Origin: Vermamoeba vermiformis
Lineage: Eukaryota
DNA length: 64,000 nt
Direction of reading: 5' to 3'
NCBI GenBank assembly: GCA_045837725.1
Contig: JBEWZL010000109.1
Span: forward strand, 372,001-436,000
A program made the position numbers and the translations under genes. Under the pieces are notes generated by a model. The model was not told the DNA's origin. It ran no database searches and was given only the letters and a program-made list of their open reading frames with translations. The stretch's first letter is position 1. Every line of letters begins with the position of its first letter. Of this stretch, positions 24,723 to 35,828 are shown one piece after another.

Positions 24723-25840
24723 ATGTCGAGGGTCAAGAACGACACAATTGTCAGCATGGAAGATCCACTCAACTCAACGTCCGATCTGAAATCGATGCGG
24801 TCTGAATCTGAACACCACGAGCTTGATAGGGTAAGTATATTATAGTGATAATAAGATTGTTTTAAAACTGCGATGAGATTCTAATGCCTTGTTAGCCAGC
24901 GGTACTTGACACATCTGAACTTCGAACCGTTGACTTTGGTCGTGACGTCATTTCAGAGTTCTTAGCGACATTCTTCGTCGTATTTTTCTCCATTAGTTGC
25001 GTCATTTCATCGGTATCGCTATTGTCTGATTATCCAGTGGGTCTTCATTTCACCATCCTGTTCTTCCATGTATTTTTACTTCTCATCGTCATTTATGCCT
25101 TTGCGCATCTTAGTGGTGGGCATTTTAACCCTGCTAGTAAGTAATATTAGCGATTTCATAATTATTTTTGCCAATAAGAGCGAGTTGGATCCTTTTTACG
25201 TAGCAACGATTGCAATTTAAATCGAAATTTATTCTGCGGTTAACAATTTTATTTGGTTAAAGTACTGTCGTATGATATAAGCTAATCATATTTATCAAAT
25301 CAAGTTACTATCACCGTGTTCTTGGCTCGTAGAATCACTCTGATCCGAACGATCTTCTACGTCGTTGCTCAGCTTGTTGGCGCCATTGCAGGAACGGCAG
25401 CTACACTACTATGCTATCCTTATGACATGCGGATGAAGGGTGGCGGCGGCGTTATCAACATTGTAGCCGGAACTGAGCCCTGGAACGCCTTGTTTATGGA
25501 ATTCTTCTTGACTATGGGCCTTGTCTTCGGCGCATTCAGTATTGCCTTTGATCCTCGTGGCTGGGGCAAGCTCGGTCCTATTGGCCTTGCTACGATCGTT
25601 GGTCTTCATTTCCACGTCGGTGCCGCAGTCTCGTTCGGAGCCATGAATCCAGCACGTGTGTTCGGTCCAGCAGTCATTTACAACTCGTGGGAGAATCACT
25701 GGGTGTACTGGGTGGGAGCTATTCCTGGAGCAGCACTTGGAGGTTGTACGTACGAGTATCTGTTCATGAAGCGCGAGCATGCAAGATCCACTGTGCCATC
25801 AACTGCTGGTGAAACTTCGAAGAAAAAGAAACTCGAGTAG
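24723..25840 (+). CDS. Aquaporin (MIP family)
   Basis: Three exons; SEFLATF, SGGHFNPA|V, GAMNPARVFGPAV and HWVYWVG. Confidence 0.93.
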
Positions 25841-25976
25841 AGCGTGTACATTGTAGAAGAGGTCAGATAGTGCTATTAGGTAATTAAAAGTATCATATAT
25901 TGTTTCATAATAACAATTGTTTATCGATTGTGCGAGGCGCACCAAAAATACAAAACTTTTTCCAAGTCGAAGGTTA

Positions 25977-27968
25977 TTAAGCCATAGCAACGGTAACACC
26001 AATAGTGAAGCTAGTACGAACGATATGGTTAGAGAATAGGTCTCGGGGACAAATGGTTGACTTAGACTTACCCTGTTTGGAACATATTGAAAGTGGCACC
26101 GAGGGTCAATTCACCCTTGAGACCCAATGAAGTCCATTTGTTGACGGCGCGACCAATAGCCTTGGCGATCTTTTCGACACGACCGACGGCGAATCCTTTC
26201 TCCTTTTGCACATCGGCGGGAGATTGGGGTTGTCCGTCTTCGCCGTCAATGGTGGCTTCGAGATCTTCCTCGAGCTCGGCATTTTCTTCTGCGATCTGTT
26301 CTTCAGTAGTCTTACCGGTCAACATAATTGAAGCGGCAACACTAATAGCGGCCTACATTTAATGAATTAGCTTGGTGCATGGTTGGAGCGAAAGTTCTAC
26401 GTACAACAACAACTTCGATGCTCAATTTGATGTCAAAGCCCATATCTCCAAGTCTCAAACGAGCCAAGTTAAGGAAGTACAACAATCTGGCGTTCAATTT
26501 GTCGAGCAATGCGTCGCTTTCCAAGTCTTCAACCTTACGTTGATATCTCTTCAAAATGAGGTGGACTTGAGCGCCGTTGGATCCAACAGGAACCCACAAA
26601 TCTTGTTGACCACCCTCGGCGATGGTATTAAGAGGGACATAGGCTTGACCGCTACGAAGCGTTAGTATTCGAATATAGGTGAAGGACTGAAATTTCGATT
26701 AATTTTGAGATTTTCTGACTTACAAATCGCCAGCAGATCCGACCAAGTTATAGTCCTTAGCAAGAATTTTAAGTCCGTCTTCCATCTTGTCTCTAACGAT
26801 GTTAGAAACCTCGAAACCAAAGTTTTGTCTCCAGACAGGGGCTTGAGCTCCATGAGCAACTCTTCCTTTACGCTTCTTTTTGTCGCTGGAGTTCAACGAG
26901 AGAATAACGTAAGGATTAGCAGCCTTCTTTCCTGGAAGAGGCGCGAAGCCTTTGCCTTCAACTACGGTGATGTCCAACCACGTAACAGTTGTTGCGCCAT
27001 TGCGATCTCCTTTACGAGCCTAATTAAGAAACAATTAAAAATCAAGATTAGGCAATGATAATAATATTATTAGATTGATTACCTTCTTGGCAATGGTTCG
27101 TGTAACGGAGTTATAAAATGATTCAACACTGTTGCCGGTGTGGGACTTGATCGGAACGGGAATTTCTTCAGCAGGAGCCTGAGTAATATTAACGATATTA
27201 ATCTCCGTCAATTACGTTAAATATGAAGATCCAGAAACAATTGTTGTTCCGCTGCAGATCTATTTTTGTTTGTTTCGCTTACTTTCAGCAATGAAACTCC
27301 GATCTTGAGTTGAGAGGCGCCCTTAATCTTATCGCCCTTGAGATTAAGCCAATTTTCGACTTGATTCTCAACTGCCAAATTGATTGTAAAAGCAGCGTCT
27401 CCACTAAGTTACGTCAAAAATGTCAGATATTGTCATAAATAGGAAAATATGAGTTGGTATCAATATGACATGGCATAGTATTAATCATTAAAGAATGAAT
27501 TCTGTTGATTTGCTAATTCACAACTTTCAGCGGCAAAGTTGCCGAGATCGTTGCAATTTAGCGTGTTTGATTGATTTTACGTACATAGACTTAGGTTTGC
27601 CAATAGTAGAGAAGTTGTATACTTCGAGAACGAGGTTGTCGTTCAATCGGCCGCTTTGAAGATCTGCATCTGTCAAGCGCATCACAAAAGTTTCATTCCA
27701 CTACGCAAGAAATGGGTGTTATTAACGATTATAGTGCCGCAATGTATCACGCATATACTAGATGTACAAGATCATATAAGAAAACGCTTACTTTTGGATT
27801 TACTTCTTGCTTGAAGATCTTTGACTTGTGGCGATCCTTGGGCTTGGAGGCAAGGTATAAAATGACGTAAGGATCTGATCCGGGGTTCATTTTATTCAAA
27901 GCAGGCAAGTCCTTGCCTTCAACCAAGTTAACTTCCAAAAATGGAACGAGAGGACCTCCTGACGCCAT
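25977..27968 (-). CDS. Tandem C2-domain protein with uncharacterised C-terminal domain
   Basis: Two C2 domains (LEVNLVEGKDL..SDPYV..NPK|WNETF; LDITVVEGKG..ANPYV..APVWRQNF..KDYNLVG); multi-exon; stop at 25977. Confidence 0.8.
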
Positions 27969-28592
27969 GGCTTAGGTGTAGAGTGAAGGGTAAAGAAGGA
28001 TTAAGAGAAGTGTTGAGGTGTGATGCTGCGAGCGATCAAAATGATAATTTTAAATTGATTTTGACGTCTTTTATGCATTTTTCTTTGGCTCTGAAATGTG
28101 ATAGGAATATTTTTTTATTATGACACGTGATCAACCACCAGCCAAAACCTCAGATGCGATTACAGTTTCTATTTCGTTAGTTTGCACGTATTGAAGAACC
28201 ATAGAACGGTCACAGATCAAGAAATAACCAGCTCGTAGTCGGAAAACTTGCCGACAAACTTTCATTACATTAAAAATTTACCAAAATTTGGCTATTAATA
28301 AGGTACCTACAACTAATGATTTGCAGGCCATGGTTCATGTTTCAATTAAATCTCGGGTATATCTTACTGATTTGTATGACAGCTGGCGGCACACAACTTT
28401 AATCAGTTAGGCAATGTTAAAAATATCTTTGGTCTATAATTAATAACTCATACTTAGATATTTAATGATCGTCTGTGAATCTGTTGTTAATACGATTGAA
28501 TAGCGGGAGCCAGAATGGATTGGCTCCGCCAAGATTGACTCCAGTTATCGCTTTCCACCATGGTAGTTTCTTTCCAACCATGACCTGCTAGT

Positions 28593-30607
28593 TTATTGAG
28601 GAGCTGATTTTACAATTTGTTCCAGGGCTTCAAATTTGTGGTCGTAATCTTCTTTTTCTCGTTCAATGTTTAGCTGCAGCCATTCTTCGGTATCTGCAAC
28701 AGCCTTTTCGAGTGTTTCTCTCGTCTCATCGATTATACCATCGCTTGACTCTTCATGAAGCATATTCTTAATGCTCGCCAAGTAGTTTTCAAGTCGATTT
28801 TTGGCTTCGTACGTTTGTCGGATCTTCTTATCTTCTTCTTCGAATTCTTTCGCCAGCTGTACCATGCGCTCTATCTCTTCCTCACTCAATCGATCTCTTT
28901 CGCTGGTAATTACTAGGTCGTTCGTCACTTGACTCGATTTTTCGGTTGCGCGTACGCTGAGAATCCCATTTACGTCGATCTCGAAAGTTACTTCTATTTG
29001 GGGAACTCCGCGAGGCGCTTTGGGTATTCCAGTCAATTCGAAGGTACCAAGGAGATGGTTGTCCTTCGTTTGGGCCCTTTCACCTTCGAAGATCTGGATC
29101 AACACTCGATCTTGATCGTCCTGGTACGTAGAGAAAATCTTGCTCTTTTTTGTCGGAATATGCGTGTTGCGGTCGATAATATTCGTCATAATTCCACCAA
29201 CCGTTTCAATTCCTAATGATAGCGGAGTAGTATCGATGACGATGTGAGAGGGTCCTTCGCCGCCCCAAGTAGACAAAGCGCCGCCTTGTGCTGCCGCTCC
29301 ATATGCCACTGACTCATCGGGGTTGACGCCCTTATTCAGTTCTTTGCCGTTGAAAAAGTCTTTGAGAAGTTGTTGGACCTTCGGGATCCGTGTAGATCCA
29401 CCGACCAAAACGATTTCATCCACTTGATGTTTCGCTAATTTAGCGTCGCTAAGAACTCTTTCTAAGGGACCCAAAGTCTTCTTAAACAAGTCCATATTGA
29501 GTTCTTCGAATTTGGCTCGACTTAAAGTTTCACTCAGATCTTGACCACCAAAAAATGACTCGATGTCAACACGTGTCTGATGAACGGTACTGAGAGATTT
29601 CTTGGCGCTTTCAACTGCTCGTCGCAACTTTTGTAAAGCCTTCTTGTCACCTGTAGCGTCCAAGCCAGTCTGTTTCTTGAACTGCTTCAGGAGATATTCC
29701 ATGACACGGTTGTCAAAGTCTTCACCACCAAGGTGCGTGTCACCATTCGTGGCCAAAACTTCAAACACGTCACCGTCAATAGTCAGCAACGAGACGTCAA
29801 ATGTTCCGCCACCGAGATCGAAGACGAGTACGTTCTGTTCTTTGCCTTTTTTGTCCACTCCGTAGGCCAAGGCGGCTGCGGTAGGTTCGTTGATGATGCG
29901 AAGTACGTTCAATCCCGCGATGCGTCCTGCATCCTTGGTGGCTTGTCTCTGCGCGTCGTTGAAGTAGGCCGGAACCGTGATGACTGCGTGACGAACGGGA
30001 GTGCCAAGGAATTCTTCGGCAATGTTCTTCATCTTCTGCAAGATCAACGCACTGATTTGTTCGGGGCTGAAGACCTTGCTCTCGCCTTGGACTTTAACTT
30101 CAATGTAGGGCTTGTTGTCGACATTCACGACCTTGTAGGGCAACAACTTGATGTCTCGTTGAACATTCACGTCGTCAAAAGTGCGTCCAATCAGTCGTTT
30201 GACGTCGAATACGGTGTTTGTCGGATTGATTGCCGCTTGATTCTTCGCAGCATCCCCGATCAATCTCTCGTCATCCGTGAATGCTACGTAACTTGGCGTG
30301 ATTCTGTTGCCAGACTCGTTTGGAATAATCTCGACTCGATCGTTCTTATAGATGCCAACACAACTGTACGTAGTGCCGAGATCGATGCCAATGACGGGTC
30401 CATCGGATTTCACTAAAATCAAGTTTAGTAAATCGAGCATTGATGCTGCGATTCGATGTTATTACCATCGTCAATGACTATATCTGCGGAGGCTAGGCTC
30501 GTTGCGAAGGCAAACAATACTACTGAAAAAGAGGCATGGTTAGTTTTGGATCTGGCAATCTAACTCAATTTTCAGTCCTTACTGGTGATAATAGTGATCG
30601 TGTTCAT
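28593..30607 (-). CDS. ER-type Hsp70 (BiP/GRP78-like) with signal peptide; C-terminus uncertain
   Basis: Spliced signal peptide [75 protein letters not shown] and [12 protein letters not shown]. Confidence 0.92.
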
Positions 30608-30741
30608 TCTCGTTAGTGTAATAATAAATAAATGAATCAATGCTCCAGATTTGAATTTCTCTTGTCCGTTTGTGGAGTGATGACGGGGCAGTTTTAAAAA
30701 CCGACCAATGAGAGCGCACCATTTTATCAAATTTAACTTCT

Positions 30742-30952
30742 ATGACGTCATCAGAATGGTGTATTCTTACCTTCTGGAATTTCTTAAGCTCAATTGCTGC
30801 CAAAGATAGGATGGGACGGATCGAGCACATCCATTTTGGTCGTCGATGACGTCATCACCTAGTTTTTCCAATCCATCATAGCGTGGTGTAGCTTAGATGG
30901 CGTATTTTGGATGAGATCAATAGTAGTATTGCTGAACAGATCTGACGTGTCA
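30742..30952. promoter_or_regulatory. bZIP (CRE/UPRE-like) elements upstream of BiP
   Basis: ATGACGTCAT 30742-30751, GATGACGTCATC 30845-30856 and TGACGTGTCA 30943-30952, all within 350 nt of the BiP ATG. Confidence 0.45.
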
Positions 30953-31209
30953 GCAACTCAATCAGATCCAATACTATGAGGGCAACTGTATTGTGTTCAT
31001 ATTTTAGACGTACCTGCAGCGTATAGTTCAATATAAAATGCTTCTATCATACTTAGGCCTCGGCTAATCAAGATGCAGAGCATTGTTGAAGAATGTGGCT
31101 GCATGCGAAGAGCATTATCTCGTGTCAAAGTGGCTGGATCTGATCGATTCAAAAAAAGTTATTTATCAAAAACTATGTAACAGCTATGCGTGCGAGCAAT
31201 AGAAAAGGA

Positions 31210-32321
31210 TTAATTATGCACTCTCAAGTCCTTCTTGAGTTCTTCGACAACTTCGTGAGGTAATGTAGTCAGGTGCGAGTAATTAGGGTGCATTATCGTT
31301 ACTGCAACCTTTTGTAACGGATCCAAGTTTAGGAAATCCTCTTTCTAAAACAAGCGATTAATATAAGAATAGTTAACATAATGTTGTTTATACTTGTTGT
31401 TGAGTAAACGGGAATTTTCTGAAATGCACCGCGCTAGTTTTGCCATCCGCAGTCGTACGTTCTTCATCGAGCTCTTCGTGCGTGACTGTGCTCTTGATTT
31501 GATGGTCTTTGAAGTATAGGTATATATGGTCTTCAATATGGCCTAGGCAGAAGAGTTAGCACGAAATTGAAACTCAGCGTTAGATCGGTCTTCTTACCTA
31601 ATCTTCTCAATTCAGCTGCTCGTTTCTGGGCATCGGGAATTTCGATCATAAATGTAGCCACTTAATAAATATATTAGCGACTGATGAATGGTTTAATGAA
31701 GAAAAAAAAGCCTGGCGCGTACTGGATCTAAACAGTCCTTAATTGCCGAGCCTTGGTGTGATTAACATACCTATATCATTGCCTTGAGGTAATAAAGGAT
31801 TATAAGCGCGTAATTCATCGGCTATTTGCTCTTCACCGCCTCGTTCAGCATGTAGCATTTCGTGGATCTAAAGAAAGCAGCAGTGTTAGAACGATTTGAA
31901 TTTACATATATAAGCTAATATATAATACCTGCCACCATACGAAGTCATAGTTTTCGAAGGTCATCGTGGCGTATGGCCCGATCTAAATTAGGAAGTTAAT
32001 TTAGAACGCGTAGATCTCGCTTGATAATAAACTTACATGGATTTGTCTATTTTTCTTCAATTGCTTCTTGAGTGGCAAATAGCTCTTTCTAATAGCAGAG
32101 TATTTGTCGATAGGCCAGATCAGATCTGACTTGGTAATTTGAAGGAGGTTCTTGGCATGTTTGTGAGGGTAGTCCAATGACTGAGAATGATTACCATGTT
32201 GATGGTGATGCGTAGAGTATTGTGCAAGGAGTCCTTGCGAAAAGGTTGCGGATCTAACTTGAGTTTTACTCGAGATCTGACGGCAAATAAAATTAGAATG
32301 ATTTAATTATTGCACATACAT
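31210..32321 (-). CDS. DUF3501-family protein (partner of aerobic-type rubrerythrin) with putative mitochondrial presequence
   Basis: Joined exons read KKNRQIH|IGPYATMTFENYDFVWWQ|IHEMLHAERGGEEQIADELRAYNPLLPQGNDI|VATFMIEIPDAQKRAAELRRL|GHIED..ERTTADGKTSAVHFRKFPF..HPNYSHLTTLPHEVVEELKKDL. The first exon/start is uncertain. Confidence 0.85.
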
Positions 32322-32763
32322 CTTTATTATCTTTTTAATGCTATAATTAATCGCCATCTAAGCGCATTAAGTATCGTCATGTAACGCGACCGTCAAAAAA
32401 AATAATATCAAGCCCGGGCCCAAAAATACATGTGCTTGGCTTAAAATTTTTGTGCTATAATATTATAAAGCAATATATTATAGGCATTAATAAATCGAAA
32501 AAATTGATAGTATTTTACCTTGGTGACCGATCGGAAAGTTTTTTGAATAATACTCCGCATGTTGGTAACGCTGAGTGATGAAACTAAATATAATCTAATA
32601 TATTATGGTTTGTGAGTATCTATTATAACAATAAATTGAAAATGAAAGGCATCAGTGAGCCAAAAAATGTGGCGTCACGTGTCTCGCTAACAATTTTATT
32701 TTTTTTTGTTACGTAGCAACAGAGCTATATTAATACAGAACTTATATAGCACAGTATATAGTT

Positions 32764-35177
32764 ATGTTTTCCAGCTTGCAAACAAAAGTGCCGCTTGCCC
32801 CTTTGGCGCGCTTGATCCGATCGGTAATAATTTTGCAGCTCAGTTCTAAATTTTCAGATAAATTAATTGCGCGTATTATTATTATAGAGAAATGCCAAAA
32901 ATGTTGCTGGTAGCGCTAGAATGTTGAAAGGTAATTTTTAAAACATATTTCAGATGTAATAATTTTATTTCGTTTGTTTACTCTATGCCTTCGGCTTAAA
33001 GGCACATTTTACGTATAATGTACTATTTTATCCATTTTAATATCATTTTCTAACATTTTTCTTCTTAGTTGAGTCCACCAATGACAGATCCGTAAGTGAA
33101 ACTCATTTTCATGAACTCCTCTGATATCCATTATCATGATCTGTTAGGCATTAGTAATGATAGGAATAATATTTAATGTTATATTTATGGTATTAACAGC
33201 TCCAGAACGAGCCATTAATTACGTTTTTTCCGCAGATGGTGCGCAGTACTCAGACTCGTTCCATGTTTACAACGAAGACTAACAATACCAACACCACCAA
33301 AAACATTAAGAAGAGTTCATTATATAATACTACATTAACTGCAACAGTCTTTGTTACGACCTCAAACGACACATCTGTCATTGTGAGCACACGTGACTAT
33401 GCTCGATGGGCCAAGACAGTACGTTAACGATAATATTACTATAATTATTAGTATTTGGAGACGATTATTACTAAATTATTATTCGTAACGAAAATTGAAG
33501 TCAGTACGTGGATCACATCCGCGTAATATTATGTCAATCTCTTTTAAAGCGACATGGAAATTATAATTATGCATGCTAAAGCGAGAGTTATATTTAGATG
33601 AAAATGATGCCCAAGGATAAGTTGAAGCAGATGCTTGACCAACAAAAGAAAGCTAGTGGTATTGCCGTACAAGGCGAGACTACTACACCTACTGACGGCT
33701 CTGTTCCTAATAATGCCACGAGCACTACTAGCAACGGTGCTGCTACATTCTCACAGCGTAAAGTAAGTCTAATTTGAATACAAAATTAAAAAAATATTCA
33801 AATTAGACAAAACTCGTAAAATTAAATTAGACTATGCTTAGGGCGTTAAATTTACAGGTGCTAATATTTTATTATCTAGATTAAAGTATATATGGATGCT
33901 ACTGGTAAAGTAGCAGATCCTTGGAAGCCCGGTGACAAGTCTGGCTTGTGGACTCGATTCAAACGCACAATGTCTACTAATATATTCGCTGGTTGGAGGT
34001 AAATATAAGAATATGGCAATTATTTTCAATATCAAAGGTCATTAAAGCGAGAATATGGATCCACGTACTGGATCAGATCTGCTTTCAAAATCGTTTTAAT
34101 TGACTAAGATATATTGTTATAGCTAGTGGCATGATGACTAATGACACATGATAGCACAAATTATACCAAAAAACAATACCCTTCATGATTCATATGAATT
34201 TCTTCACCTGATCCACTAAATCTCATCTTTTATATTATTTAGTAGTATAAGATCGATTTATTAATACTGTTATAGAATTCGAAGTATGTTCAAGAAGAAA
34301 CAGTGGGGCACCTTCGATAAAAACAAGTTCATCGCTGAATGTTTGGATGTGTATCAAAAGTTCAACAGACAAGTTGCTTCTGGCAATTGGAACGATATGG
34401 GCGATTATGCCGCTTTGAGTGTTATCGAGGTAATATATTTTACATTATATATTCTTATCGATGAGTCGCGTCATTCATAAGAAAAGTTAGGAAATCAACT
34501 GGATGCGCAGCTAAAATTCCAAATTTCGTTTCAGCTTAATGCTGTAATATTTAGTATGAATAATTATTAACGAATCAATAGGATGTACGCAAGGAGTTTG
34601 GTGGTCGCAAGCTGAATCCGGAGTACCAATACAACTGGGAGTGCGCGCAACTCGACGGTAATGTTGTGAATATGGTCGTCATTCAAGTCCCTGCACCGCT
34701 CAACAAGACCTTCTTGCAAGCTACTTTACGGGTCACTAGCAAGCAGGTACGCGTTCAATTTCAAAATTCAAAAAATTAGCCGCGAGCGATAAATTTCAGT
34801 TGCCAAATTTGGGTTTGAAAAAAATCTGTCAGAATTGAAAATTCCTTATTTGGACGCTAAGTTTTGGTGGCACTGTAAAGCTCCAGAGATAGATTGAAGG
34901 CGCTGTCCGTTACTTAATGAGAGAAAAAAATTGTTTTCCTTATTAGGGCCATCACAAATTCTGAGCGGACCAACTTTGTAATGAGAGTGCTAATCTTGTT
35001 TTTTTTTTCTAGGAATTGAAGATTTTGAGCCGCGACGGCAAGTTCTTGGGCGGATCTCGCGAACCTGCTGATGTTACTGACTACTTCGTGTTTGAACGAT
35101 CGTTGGATATGAAAGAAGCGCCTGTTATTCTGATTGGTCAGACTGAGAGACGAGAAGAAAGACGAGTAATAATATGA
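32764..35177 (+). CDS. Mitochondrial Tim44-like domain protein (mL45/Mba1-like)
   Basis: Presequence MFSSLQTKVPLAPLARLIRS; about nine exons; FDKNKFIAECLDVYQKFNRQVASGN, FLQATLRVTSKQ|ELKILSRDGKFLGG and DVTDYFVFER. Confidence 0.75.
34124..34218 (+). ncRNA. Intronic box C/D snoRNA (snR47/SNORD36-like LSU rRNA guide)
   Basis: Terminal stem TAGTGG/CCACTA; box C ATGATGA 34131-34137; box D CTGA 34208-34211; D guide TGAATTTCTTCAC is complementary to conserved LSU rRNA GUGAAGAAAUUCA. Confidence 0.85.
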
Positions 35178-35828
35178 AATAATATTCAAAACAATAAAAA
35201 CCGATTTGTATTCAAACCTCCAACGACGGATGTTGCCTTTTGGGTCCTCATTGGCTTGTAGAGTGGCGTAAATATCAGCAGGTAAGTTATAGTGCATGTA
35301 GAACATATACAGTACCTACTATTCCATTATCTTCTGGATCATTCGATTCAATCTCGATCGAACAGTCTGGATCCTATGTCGAGCTCTAGAACGAATTATT
35401 TATTCTGGAAATTCATTCCGTAAAGTCTAATCTGGCATCGAACATTCGATTGGCGAATTGGGCATCGAAGACTCCCGAACCGTCGCGGTTTCGCAGAAGC
35501 AGATTCAGAATCCAGAACCTTCGCCTTCTACGAATGCTCAATCTCCTTCTAGATAAGAATATTCGCTCGTGCCTCAAAGAACATTCTTTAGCCGTAATCG
35601 ATCTATATCAAAGAAGCTTCGCAATGTTCTTCAGGTTGCTGAAGAATCTTCTTCCCTAATAATAGCACCGAAGCGGAGAACATTCCGACGCCGTGTAATT
35701 CTTTGGCGAATATGTTGTGTTTTTGTGGAGGTAAGTTGAAAGTTTAAACGGATGTGGCACTACGGTCAATTAAAAGTTTTTTTTTACAAGTAAGATTACA
35801 AAAAAGATATTACCATCTTTCTACTATA

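Noticed and set aside
29733-30416. 227-aa plus-strand ORF
   Set aside because: Antisense shadow of the Hsp70 coding sequence; such shadows are a common artefact.
30881-30960. tRNA-like 5' end GCGTGGTGTAGCTTAGATGG
   Set aside because: No T-loop GTTCRA and no matching acceptor stem.
34840-34995. Possible H/ACA snoRNA in the last intron of the mL45-like gene
   Set aside because: Hairpins are imperfect and there is no correctly placed ACA box.
35190-35740. Short ORFs between the mL45-like gene and the actin regulator
   Set aside because: No recognisable protein or consistent splice model on either strand.
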